DNA of 64,000 nt from an uncultured Armatimonadetes bacterium (GTDB lineage: Bacteria > Armatimonadota > Hebobacteria > Hebobacterales > Hebobacteraceae): contig OY970296.1 of NCBI GenBank assembly GCA_963716175.1, forward strand, positions 3,872,001-3,936,000. The letters are read 5' to 3'. Below are positions 21,432 through 30,611 of this stretch, in pieces. The notes beneath the pieces were generated by a model that was given only the letters and a program-made list of their open reading frames with translations, did no database searches and was not told where the DNA came from. The position numbers were made by a program, and so were the translations under genes. Position 1 is the stretch's first letter. Each line of letters opens with the position of its first letter.

Positions 21432-22030
21432 AGGCGGTCCCCGACCAGGGCCCGGCCCAGGGCCTCGGCTCGCGCCAGCAGCTCGGCACGCTCTGCTACC
21501 GGCGGCGGCCGGTCGGTGCTGGCCTCAAACAGATCGCCCCAGTAGCGAAAGCCGGTCGAGTTGAAGAACGCCTTCACGGTGGGCTTAGCCCACTCGAACA
21601 CCCTCAGGTCCGAGCCGCCGCAGGTGGCGATGAACAGGCCGCGCCGCTCCCCCGGCACATCGGCGGCCCGGCGCTTGAGACGATAGGTCTCCACCCAGGA
21701 GGCCTGCCCGCGATCTATCATCATCTTGGTCTCGGCCGAGACGCCGGCGAAATGGATGGGTGAGGCCAGCGCCAGGTGCTGGGCCGCGCGCAGCCTGGGG
21801 TAGACCTGCTGCATCTCGTCTTGCACCACGCACCGGCCAGTGGCATCGCAGCCGCGGCAGTGGCGGCATGACCCCATCTCCAGGTCGCGCAGGGAGACCA
21901 ACTCGGTGCCCGCCCCCGCCGCGGCCGCGCCAGCTAACACCGCCTCCAGCAGCAACCGGGAATCACTGCGGGCGCGCGGGCTGCCGGCAATGCCGAGGAC
22001 CAGCGGGCGGGTTGATGAGTCACTCGTCAT
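21428..22030 (-). CDS. Iron-sulfur flavoprotein / flavodoxin family
   Basis: GSPR, CRHCRGC.....C, SPIHF, IDR. Confidence 0.85.
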   Translation of the reverse strand: MTSDSSTRPLVLGIAGSPRARSDSRLLLEAVLAGAAAAGAGTELVSLRDLEMGSCRHCRGCDATGRCVVQDEMQQVYPRLRAAQHLALASPIHFAGVSAETKMMIDRGQASWVETYRLKRRAADVPGERRGLFIATCGGSDLRVFEWAKPTVKAFFNSTGFRYWGDLFEASTDRPPPVAERAELLARAEALGRALVGDRL

Positions 22031-22078
22031 CAGCCAATGAGTTCCGCCTTCGCGAGAAAGGACCTCGCGTGGCGAGTG

Positions 22079-23119
22079 TCATTGGACGGCGGCAGCGGGC
22101 GTGGGGGCAGAGACGGCAGGCTTGAGGTAGTGGTCAAGCAGCGCCTTCACTGCCGGGTCCTCGGGAATGGATGGAGTGATCGGGATCAGCGTCTCGTCAG
22201 CGCCGGCGAGCCTCCAGGGCGCGCCCGCAGCCGAGCTAGCGCACCTGAAAATGAGGTCCAGACGGCCGAGGACAACCCCCTGATCACCGGCCTGGACGAT
22301 AGGCACCATCTTGCCATCGGGCCCAGGGACTCCGATGGGCTCTGGTGTGAAGGTATGCGAGTGGCCCCCGATGATGACGTCAATGCCAGGCATTTCCGCC
22401 GCCAGCTTTCGGTCCTGCTCCATGCCGATATGGGTGACGGCGATGAGGACATCGCACTCTTTGCGGGCGATGGGAACCCAGTGCCTTGCTGCGTCGAACT
22501 CGTCGGCGAAGGTCCAGCCCTTCAGGAACGCCAACTCGGAGGAGCCGGAGGTGGTGAGGCCGAGAAACCCCACCCGCAAGTCCCCGAAGGTGCGCACGAT
22601 GAACGGGCGGATGCCTTCCACCGGAGCGGGTTCGTCGCAGCCCGGGGGCGGGCCGTCGCCGAGCGTGAGGTTGGCGCATAGCCAGGCGAAGCGGCTGCGC
22701 CGCACCAGCGCGAGCATCAAGTCCTTCGACTTCGGGCTGTCCCAGATCGCTTTCACCTCGTTGTTGCCGACGCAGAGCGCGTCGTAGCCCATCAGGTTCA
22801 TCGCCTCGACCTCTGGCACGCCGTACCACTTCTCGTGCCAGGGACCGCGGGTGAACACGTCTCCGGCGTCAACCACGGCGACGTAGGGCGTTGCGCTGCG
22901 GATGCTCTTGATCAGCGATGCTCGTCTTGCCATCCCACCGACGTCCAACGCCGGAGTCTTGAAGAACCCGTCCCTGTCCGCGTAGTCGAACGGCAGCATC
23001 ATGCCGTGGAAGTCATTGGTGTGGAGGATGGTGAGGCTGACTCTGTCAGCGGCAAGAGATGGTAGTGCGAGCAGTAGCAGCAGCAGCGCGCTAAGCGTGA
23101 GGCGTCTGAAGCGTGCCAT
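22079..23119 (-). CDS. Secreted metallophosphoesterase (5'-nucleotidase N-terminal domain only)
   Basis: Signal peptide; HTNDFHG, DAGD, GNNE, THIG, GGHSH. Confidence 0.85.
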   Translation of the reverse strand: MARFRRLTLSALLLLLLALPSLAADRVSLTILHTNDFHGMMLPFDYADRDGFFKTPALDVGGMARRASLIKSIRSATPYVAVVDAGDVFTRGPWHEKWYGVPEVEAMNLMGYDALCVGNNEVKAIWDSPKSKDLMLALVRRSRFAWLCANLTLGDGPPPGCDEPAPVEGIRPFIVRTFGDLRVGFLGLTTSGSSELAFLKGWTFADEFDAARHWVPIARKECDVLIAVTHIGMEQDRKLAAEMPGIDVIIGGHSHTFTPEPIGVPGPDGKMVPIVQAGDQGVVLGRLDLIFRCASSAAGAPWRLAGADETLIPITPSIPEDPAVKALLDHYLKPAVSAPTPAAAVQ

Positions 23120-23233
23120 GGCCGGGATCCACCTTCATGTGGCGTGCCAAGCGATTTCGACAGGACCGGGCCCAACGCCTGCCCAGGAGAGCCGATGGCG
23201 GGCCGGGTTGCAGCGATGCTGGCGACGGCGTCA

Positions 23234-23272
23234 AGAGACGAGAGGCGCGCTATCCGCGCGCCTCTCGTCTCT
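23234..23272. terminator. Perfect 17-bp inverted repeat downstream of the prepilin-like gene
   Basis: agagacgagaggcgcgc-tatcc-gcgcgcctctcgtctct. Confidence 0.5.
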
Positions 23273-23306
23273 GACACTGAACAGCCGGCGCTGAGCGGGC
23301 TCTGCG

Positions 23307-24326
23307 CTACCCCTGTCGGCAGCACGGGTAGGTGCAGTTCTCGATGCCTCCGGTGATCGCCCAGTCGGTGCGATTCGGCTGGGCCCGGTCTATGGTTTCA
23401 CTGATGATAGATTCAGCGCTCATCCATGTCGCATGTCCGTCGGCGAAGCCCAGGTTCTCGCCGCCGAGATGACGGGCCTTGCCGAAGGTCTTGCGGTACT
23501 CCACGTCCGTGCCGAGGCGGAGATCGCCCCCACCGCAGTCTTGGCTCCAGGAGCAGTTCGTCCAGTCGGCGTGAGTGATGCGGCCCCCCCACCAGCACAC
23601 GCCGCCAACCAGACAGCAGCCCAGGCCGCAGACATCGGGATAAGCGGCGAGGGTGGCGTCCCACATCGTGTCTATCGCCCCGGACTCGCCGACCACCACA
23701 TACTTGGCGGGGTCGTCCATGGCGCTGGTCTTCACCTCGAACTGGCTCGGGTAGCCGAGAGTCTGCTCGAAGGCCCCCGCGACATCAACACCACTCGTCC
23801 TGGAAGTAGGACAGACCTGCTGGGCCCAGGAGTCAGTGATGTTGCCGCCCCAGCCGGGAGGATAGGTCGCGGTGCAGATGCTGCCATAGCAGCCCCACTC
23901 ATCCTGGTGCGACATAGTCACAGTCCACCAATCCGGCACAGTAGGGCAGATGCTCGTCCTCGGGACTCGGCCGGCGCTCGGGCAGCGCCACACATCGCGG
24001 TTCTTCACGTACTCATCCAGGACAACCGGCCACCTCAGGTAGGGATTGGAGTAGGTGGGATACTGGCAGCTGTCGCTGCCGCCGAAGTCGTTGAAGGCGG
24101 CCTGGATCTCCGCGCTGTGCTCCCTGGGGGGCAGCCGATCATAGTCGGTAAGATACATCTGAATCGCGAGGGCGATGTTCTTCACATTAGAGAGGCACTG
24201 TATCTTGCGAGCCGATTCCCGCGCCCGGGCAAAGACCGGGAACAGCATGGCTGCCAGGATCGCAATGATCGCGATCACCACCAACAGCTCGATGAGGGTG
24301 AAGCCTGCGCGTCTTCTGGTCAGCAT
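23307..24326 (-). CDS. Prepilin-type N-terminal cleavage/methylation protein, DUF1559 / H-X9-DG family
   Basis: G|[30 protein letters not shown]...C.SN; [13 protein letters not shown]. Confidence 0.92.
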   Translation of the reverse strand: MLTRRRAGFTLIELLVVIAIIAILAAMLFPVFARARESARKIQCLSNVKNIALAIQMYLTDYDRLPPREHSAEIQAAFNDFGGSDSCQYPTYSNPYLRWPVVLDEYVKNRDVWRCPSAGRVPRTSICPTVPDWWTVTMSHQDEWGCYGSICTATYPPGWGGNITDSWAQQVCPTSRTSGVDVAGAFEQTLGYPSQFEVKTSAMDDPAKYVVVGESGAIDTMWDATLAAYPDVCGLGCCLVGGVCWWGGRITHADWTNCSWSQDCGGGDLRLGTDVEYRKTFGKARHLGGENLGFADGHATWMSAESIISETIDRAQPNRTDWAITGGIENCTYPCCRQG

Positions 24327-24597
24327 TAGCACATCTCCTTGTCTCGCGAACTCGGTCAACCCGGCCGGCCAGACAAGCCGCGGCCAGGTCATGCGTCGGG
24401 GCCTGCCGCTATCGTCGGCGGCACGGCTGACACCACCTCCTCTCCTCGCTCCTCGCCGGGCCCCGCCAGCCCGGGGCCCACTCAACTCTGTACTCTACCG
24501 CCAGGAAGCCGGTCCTGTCACTGGACGGACGTGGGGAATTCTTGTATGTTTCGATGGAGGGCCCACCTAACGTGACCCTCTACGCCTGGGGAATGCG

Positions 24598-25488
24598 ATG
24601 CTGGTCAGACTGGAAGAGTACGAGCTCACCGCGGCGAGCCCGGTGCACGGGGGAGTGGTGGCGCATCGCGGGCCCACTCCTCTGGACGCGGACATGCACC
24701 AGCCCTTCGAAGTCGGGATCGTGCTGACAGGGCAGCTCGACCGGCACTTCGAGGACATGGTGATGACCGTGGGTCCCGGCGAGATGTGGCTGTGCGGCGC
24801 CTGGGAGCCGCACGGGTGGCGGGTGCGGGCGGCCGGGACGCGGGAACTGGTGGTGCTGTTCCTCCCCAGCCTGCTGGGTGATGAGGTGTTCGATGACCTG
24901 CCCTGGTTGACCCTGCTCTCGGTGCCGCCCGACCAGCGCCCGCGCGCGACCACCCGGCAGATGCGGGAGCAGACCCTGGCCATCGGCAACGAGCTGGCAA
25001 AGGAGCTCCGGGAGAGGAGAAGCCGGTGGCTGTCGGCGGTGCGGTTCGGGATCCTGCGGCTGCTGTTTGTGGTGAGCCGCGGGTGGCATCCAAGAGGCCC
25101 GGCAGGCCGGCAGGCGGCGCGGGCAGGAAGCCTGGCGAGAGTCATGCCGGCGGTGCGGATGGTGCACGCCAGCCCGGCTGCTCGGCTCAGTGTGCCGGAG
25201 GCAGCAGCGGCCTGCGGGCTGAGCGTGCCGCAGTTCAGCTACGTGTTCCGCCATGCCCTGGGCCTGAGCTTCGGGAAATTCCGGATGCGGGCCCGATTGG
25301 GGTATGCAGCGCAATTGCTGCTGAGCAGCGAGCTGCCGGTGGAGGCGATTGCGCAGGAGGCTGGATTCGCGGATGCCAGTCATCTGCATCACAAGTTCTC
25401 GAAGGTCTACGGCTCCACCCCGGGACGCTACCGGACTGAGGGCAGGCTGGTGCGCGGAAGCTCGGCCCTGGGGGCAGCTTCGCCCTGA
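24598..25488 (+). CDS. AraC-family transcriptional regulator
   Basis: Cupin MH..FE...PH; C-terminal IA...GF....H....F....G.TP..YR. Confidence 0.9.
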   Translation: MLVRLEEYELTAASPVHGGVVAHRGPTPLDADMHQPFEVGIVLTGQLDRHFEDMVMTVGPGEMWLCGAWEPHGWRVRAAGTRELVVLFLPSLLGDEVFDDLPWLTLLSVPPDQRPRATTRQMREQTLAIGNELAKELRERRSRWLSAVRFGILRLLFVVSRGWHPRGPAGRQAARAGSLARVMPAVRMVHASPAARLSVPEAAAACGLSVPQFSYVFRHALGLSFGKFRMRARLGYAAQLLLSSELPVEAIAQEAGFADASHLHHKFSKVYGSTPGRYRTEGRLVRGSSALGAASP

Positions 25489-25522
25489 GCCCGGCCTGGC
25501 TCCGACGACCAGCGTGGAAGAC

Positions 25523-25553
25523 GTGGAGCGTCCGCCACAGGCGGACGCTCCAC
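25523..25553. repeat. GTGG-ended perfect palindrome (REP-like / terminator)
   Basis: gtggagcgtccgcc-aca-ggcggacgctccac. Confidence 0.6.
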
Positions 25554-25595
25554 ACGCATTGGGACGCGAGTGGTTTCGGTCGCCAGCAGCCTATC

Positions 25596-25693
25596 GACGG
25601 TCGCGCAATGAAGTAACATTGCGCGACCGTCTTTCTCCAGGCATTTGCTGGGTTTCTTACGAATGTCGCCCATTACTTCGTTGGGCGACATTC
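25596..25693. repeat. Inverted pair of TCGC/GAAGTAA/GCGA hairpins (25596-25631 and 25661-25693)
   Basis: gacggtcgcgcaatg-aagtaa-cattgcgcgaccgtc and gaatgtcgccca-ttacttcgt-tgggcgacattc. Confidence 0.75.
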
Positions 25694-25694
25694 A

Positions 25695-26327
25695 TCAGTC
25701 CGACTTCGTCTCAGGGGGTGCGGGAGCGGAGACAGTCGCGTCGGGCTGGTGGAGCCGCAGCCGGTCCCGCAGCCTCGTCCCACGGCCCATGCTCTCGCCA
25801 CGGCCTCCCCAGCCCGAGCCCGGGCCGTGACCCATGCCCCGGCCTCCGCCCATGGCAGGCCCGCCCCAGGCGCGGCCTTCGCCCCGGCCTCTGCCCATGC
25901 TGGCGCCGCCCCAGGCATGGCCTCCGCCCTGGCCTCTGCCCATGGCAGGCCCGCCGCAGCCGCGGCCGCCAGCGCGGCCATGGCGCCAACCGTGGCCCTC
26001 TCCCCGGCCGGCTCCTCGCAGAGCCAGTTCAGGGTGCTTCACCGCCAGTGCATGCAGCTTGGCGCGCAGCCGGTAGACGTTCTCGGCTTTGGCGGCGATC
26101 TCGCTTTCCGAGGCCTCTTTCGCCTCCGCCAGCCGCAGCTCTAACTGGGCAATCCTGACCTGCTTGCCCAGATCGCTCGCCTGGGTGACCAAGGCCTGCT
26201 GCTCCGGGGTGAGCCCAGCGCTTCCCTTTGTGCCGGACGCCGTCGCTGGATCCTGTGCCATCGCCGCACCCGCCACGCCGACCAAGAAGGCAATGGCGAT
26301 GCTCGGCATCCACGTGCTCGACCTCAT
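25695..26327 (-). CDS. Exported Spy/CpxP/ZraP-like helical protein with Gly-rich repeat tail
   Basis: Signal peptide, LTPEQQ motif, helical core, three 15-aa GGPAMGRG repeats. Confidence 0.6.
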   Translation of the reverse strand: MRSSTWMPSIAIAFLVGVAGAAMAQDPATASGTKGSAGLTPEQQALVTQASDLGKQVRIAQLELRLAEAKEASESEIAAKAENVYRLRAKLHALAVKHPELALRGAGRGEGHGWRHGRAGGRGCGGPAMGRGQGGGHAWGGASMGRGRGEGRAWGGPAMGGGRGMGHGPGSGWGGRGESMGRGTRLRDRLRLHQPDATVSAPAPPETKSD

Positions 26328-26370
26328 CTCGAACCTCCTTTCCCTCCGCACAGGCAGCTACGTAGACAAA

Positions 26371-26396
26371 GACGAGTGGGGGGTGCCGGCGATTCC
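26371..26396 (-). promoter_or_regulatory. Putative ECF sigma promoter
   Basis: GGAAT-N17-CGTC; matches the motif upstream of the sigma gene. Confidence 0.6.
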
Positions 26397-26452
26397 GCGG
26401 CTGTGATCAGGGGCTCACGACGGAGGCAGGAGTGAGCGATCACGTCTGCCGT

Positions 26453-27563
26453 TCAGTCGAGGCTGCGAGCGACGCGCGTCAGCTCCTCTGCAGTGAGGTT
26501 GCCCACCACGGTCACCACCCGCTCCTTGCCGCGATAGCGAAGGGCCTTCTCCCCACCCCGATCAACCAGCGTCATTCTCGTCATGGCCTGCAGGCCCGAA
26601 TCCCCGGCCCTCCCGCCGCTCTCCTCGTCCCCGGCCCCCGCTCTCACCTCCTCGCCCCCGGCCCTCTCTTCCGGCTCCTCGTCCCCGGCCCTCTCTCTCG
26701 CCTCCTTGCCCCCACCGGTGGGACCCGCCCTTCTCCCCTTCTTCGCCGCCCTCTCTTCCCCTCAGATGCTGCGAGACGCTCAGCACGCGCAGCCCGTCGG
26801 TGTAACGCAACTCGGCCGTGGGCTGGCTCCGGCGGCCGCGGAGTGAGAGATAGCCCCCCTGAAGCACGTAGCCCGGAGGCAGATAGCGCGGCAAGACCAC
26901 CGGAAAGCCGACCCGACGGCTGAGCTCGGGCAGGCTGAGGGCTGCGCCTCCGCCGTCCAGGTCCACGGTCTTCCATCCCGAGGGAATGGAGAACGTGTCA
27001 GGAGCAACTGGCGCGCCGAAGGTGACCTGGAGGTACTCGGTGCCGGAAGTAAGCCGGCCCTCGACATCGTAGCGCTCTCGCTTCAGCGCGAAGCTCGTCT
27101 CTCCGTCGAGCCAAAGCCGCAGCGCTACCGGCCCACGGCCTCGCGGCGAAACCTCTATCACCCGGGTCGGCCGGCCCGCGACCCGGGCTTCGCCGGCCGC
27201 TCTGGCGGTGTAGTGCCGCTCCGCCAGCGCCCTATCCACCACCAATGCCGGCCTCGGCAGAACCACCGCCTCGCGCTCCCGAGGATTGAGCTGGATCAGC
27301 CTCTTGCCATCATCAATCAGCGACCACCGGCGCTGACCCACGCGGTAGTCGAACCGGATTTTCCCGTTCTCCGCGGTTACCTCCGCCACTGCCTCCCGCA
27401 CGCCCTCCCTCGTCATCATGCTGGTGCCGGCGCGACCCACAAGAGATATGCTCTGGCTGGCCGATTCGCTGTGCCAGATGTCACGCCAGGCGGGAGCGTC
27501 GGCGCGGCCAGGCGAGAGCGCGCCGAGCAGCAGCAGCATGAGCGCCGCGAGCCTGAGCTTCAT
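26453..27563 (-). CDS. MucB/RseB-like periplasmic regulator (apparent frameshift near 26590)
   Basis: Signal peptide; VAGR, LWLD.ET, P.YLP.GY, YTDGL..LSV; C-terminus VTVVGNLTAEEL.RVARSL lies in another frame. Confidence 0.75.
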
Positions 27564-28039
27564 CAGCCGCCCTCCAACTCCGCGAGACGCAGGCCCACGG
27601 CCGCTTCGTCGGCGAGCGGCGCTGCCCACATCGCCGAGAGGTGAGCCTCCATGGTGGCCTGGAGGTCTTCATCCACCTCGGCGGTTACCACCATCGGAGG
27701 CGGGGCCGGCCGGTGAGATCGAACCACGAGCAGTCCCAGCACCGCCAAGACCAGGATCGCCAAGCTCACCGCCCACCGCCAAGTGGTGCGCCGTCGCGGC
27801 TCACGGTGCGGGCGCGGGTGGGCCAAGATCGCCTGCTGCACGGATGCCCAGGTCCCGGCCGGAGACTGGGCCGGTCCGACTCGCGCCAGCAGAGCGCCGG
27901 TCCGCTCCAGGGCCGCCAGTTCGGCGCGGCAGGACGGGCACTGCTTGAGATGGGCTTTGACCCGCCCCCTCGCTCGCGGGCGCAGACCTCCGACCAGGTA
28001 ATACGAAAGCTGATTGCGAATCCGATCACACTGCGGCAT
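27563..28039 (-). CDS. Zinc-finger (ZAS) transmembrane anti-sigma factor
   Basis: C......L..Y, HLKQCPSC, single TM helix. Confidence 0.85.
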   Translation of the reverse strand: MPQCDRIRNQLSYYLVGGLRPRARGRVKAHLKQCPSCRAELAALERTGALLARVGPAQSPAGTWASVQQAILAHPRPHREPRRRTTWRWAVSLAILVLAVLGLLVVRSHRPAPPPMVVTAEVDEDLQATMEAHLSAMWAAPLADEAAVGLRLAELEGG

Positions 28040-28608
28040 CGGAATCCTCCACATAAGGACTCAGCAGTCTCCTCAACACCTCTCGCGCGGGCCAACCTGG
28101 ACATGATGGTCCCCGGCCTCACTCCCACCGCCTGGGCGATCTCCGCCACCGACATCTCCTCCAGATGATGCATGACCACGGCTGCGCGCTGTTCGGCCGG
28201 AAGCTGGTCCAGCGCCGCCCAGACCGCGGTGCGCAGGCCCTCGGTCACGGCCGCCTGCTCCGGCCCGGGGTTCAGCGACTGCGCCCAGGGCGGATCATCC
28301 GGCAAGTCGCTGGCCGCCACCTCCAGCCGCGCCCGGCCCGATTTCACCTCGTCCCTCACCAGATTGCCCGCGATCCGGTGGAGCCACGCCCGGAAGGCGC
28401 GCCCCTCTCTCAGACGAGGCAGCGACTCCCAAGCTCGCACAAAAGTCTGCTGGGCGAGGTCGGCCGCCAGGTCGGCCTGGCGCACCTGGCTGTAGATGAA
28501 GCTGTAGATCCCAGCCTGGTGGCGATGATACAAGGCCTCGAAGGCCCCGACGTCGCCTGCGCGCGCCCGGCCCACCAGGTCCGCCAAGTCACCACCATCC
28601 CTATTCAT
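28026..28608 (-). CDS. ECF RNA polymerase sigma factor (apparent frameshift near 28082; start may be TTG 28587)
   Basis: GD..AF..LY, DLAQQTF, FRAWL.RIA.N, EIA...G...GT..SRL.RAR; restoring 2 nt gives REVLRRLLSPYVEDSDAAV*. Confidence 0.88.
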
Positions 28609-28610
28609 AG

Positions 28611-28635
28611 GACGAGTCACCCGGAGCATTATTCC
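28611..28635 (-). promoter_or_regulatory. Putative autoregulatory ECF promoter
   Basis: GGAAT-N16-CGTC. Confidence 0.6.
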
Positions 28636-28776
28636 CATCCCTGCCGTGGTTCGGAGGCGAGGTGAGACAGGCCAGCCCGCCTAACGAACCCCCGGGCAGG
28701 AGGCCAGCTCCTGCCCAACGAAAAGCTCCTGCCCTGCGAATCACGGCCGGCGGAGGCGAGGGACATGGCACTGGAA

Positions 28777-28818
28777 GCTGTTTCACAACCTGCTCGTGTG
28801 AGCAGGTTGTGAAACAGC
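28777..28818. repeat. Perfect 19-bp inverted repeat between divergent genes
   Basis: gctgtttcacaacctgctc-gtgt-gagcaggttgtgaaacagc. Confidence 0.8.
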
Positions 28819-28888
28819 AGCGCAATAGCCCTGGCATCTGGAGGCGCATTTCCTGCCGGGGCGCGACCGAACCGGGAGGGATAGGATC

Positions 28889-29833
28889 ATGAAATGCGCT
28901 CTGGAGATTATCGCACAGGGCGAGGCTCTGGTCGAGGTCATGCGCACCCGGATTGACGATCCCCTCGACCGGCCCTCGGAGTTCGTGGGGCCTTTCCCCA
29001 GTGGCGCCCCGGCCATCTTCGCCGACGCTGCCGCGCGACTGGGCCACCGGGTGGGCTTCATCGGCGCGGTGGGAGATGATGATTTTGGCACCTGTCTGTT
29101 GGCGCGGCTGAGAGCGGACGGCGTTGATGTCACCCACTGCCCGCGGGTCGCAGACCGGGCCACGGGGGTGGCCTTCGTCACCTACTTCTCCGATGGCACT
29201 CGCCGTTTCCTCTATCACATCGCCCACGCCGCGGCGGGACAGATGCCGGCCCTGGATAGCAGCTACCTCAGCTCTGCAGGCTTCCTCCATATCTGCGGGT
29301 CGTCGCTCTCGGTGGGCGAGCGGATGCGCAACTCCTGCTATGAAGCGGCCGAGACCGTGAAGGCGGCGGGGGGACGCATCAGCTTCGACCCCAACCTGCG
29401 GCCGGAGCTCCTGGGCGGTGAGACGGCGCTGAGGCGAATCTGTGCACCGGTGCTGGAGGCGGCGTACGTGGTGCTGCCGAGCGGTGCCGAAGCAGAGCTG
29501 CTGTCAGGGGTGACCGGAGCGGAGGCGGCCTGTCGGGCGCTGCTGAAGCGGGGTCCGGAGGTGGTGGCGCTGAAGCGGGGAGCGCAGGGGTGCTCGATCT
29601 TCACGCCAGAGGGGAGCACCGACGTGCCGGCCTTCCAGGTGGAGGCGGTTGATCCCACTGGCGCGGGGGACTGCTTCGACGCGGGCTTCGTGGTGGGGCT
29701 GCTGGAGGGGCTGCCGCTGGAGGAAGTGGGACGCCTGGCCAATGCCTGCGGCGCGCTGGGGGCGACGGCGAAAGGACCCATGGAGGGGGCGTTTCCGCGG
29801 GAGCTGGTGGAAGAGTTCATGCGGCGCGGCTAG
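28889..29833 (+). CDS. PfkB-family carbohydrate kinase
   Basis: SGAP, VGDDDFG, FDPNLR, KRGAQG, DPTGAGDCF. Confidence 0.92.
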   Translation: MKCALEIIAQGEALVEVMRTRIDDPLDRPSEFVGPFPSGAPAIFADAAARLGHRVGFIGAVGDDDFGTCLLARLRADGVDVTHCPRVADRATGVAFVTYFSDGTRRFLYHIAHAAAGQMPALDSSYLSSAGFLHICGSSLSVGERMRNSCYEAAETVKAAGGRISFDPNLRPELLGGETALRRICAPVLEAAYVVLPSGAEAELLSGVTGAEAACRALLKRGPEVVALKRGAQGCSIFTPEGSTDVPAFQVEAVDPTGAGDCFDAGFVVGLLEGLPLEEVGRLANACGALGATAKGPMEGAFPRELVEEFMRRG

Positions 29834-29935
29834 CAGGCCCCGCAAGCGAAACGCGAGGGGAGGCCATGGGAAGTGCCAGCCCCTGCCCAGCAAACGGTAG
29901 CACAGGCTCCCAGCCGGTCGCAGACCGGCATGCGA

Positions 29936-30570
29936 TCAGAAATCCGCGCGGTCGGTCCCGCGCAACATGCGCAGATGGTGGGTCTGGTTCATCCCGGTGA
30001 CGACCCATTGCCCGTGATCCAGCTCCAAGGTGCTTACCGAGGCCGTGTCCACCCGCACCCGCCAGAATCCCTCCTCCCCTATTCCCAGGGCAGCACACAG
30101 GACGAGCTTGCAGATCACTCGGTGCGATACCAGGGCGATGGTCGCCTCCAAGTGTCTCCCGACGATGTCCTCGACCGCCGCCCACGCTCGCTGCAGCACC
30201 GCTGCGAGCGACTCGCCGCCGGGCGCGGAGAACCGGGCCGGCTCGTTCACCCAGACCTGATACAGCTCGGCCCACTTGTCCTGCACCTCGGCCACGGCTC
30301 TGCCCTCCCACTCACCGAAGCTCATGTCCACCAGCCGGTCGTCAATCACCGGTGACAACCCCAGACTCTCGGCCAGAGGTCGCGCGGTCTCGCTCGCGGG
30401 AGCAGGGGGCTCGAGTAGACGGCAGCCGCCGAGGTCCCGGAAAGGCTGTAGGCGAGCAGTCGCGCCTGCTCCCGGCCCCTGGCGCTCAGTGGAATGTCCG
30501 CTCGCCCCCGAAAGATGAGCTCCCGGTTCCATTCGGTTTCGCCGTGGCGGATCAGCAGGATGGTGGTCAT
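29936..30570 (-). CDS. Histidine phosphatase (phosphoglycerate mutase/CobC family), apparent frameshift near 30398
   Basis: RHGETEWN and YSSPL in one frame; FGEWEG, PGGES, VSH in another. Confidence 0.85.
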
Positions 30571-30587
30571 CGGTCTCTGGGCCGCGA

Positions 30588-30611
30588 GGGCGGGATGAAT
30601 CCCGCCCCTAC
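30588..30611 (-). repeat. GTAG REP supplying the stop codon of the S8 peptidase
   Basis: gggcgggatgaatcccgcccctac. Confidence 0.7.
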
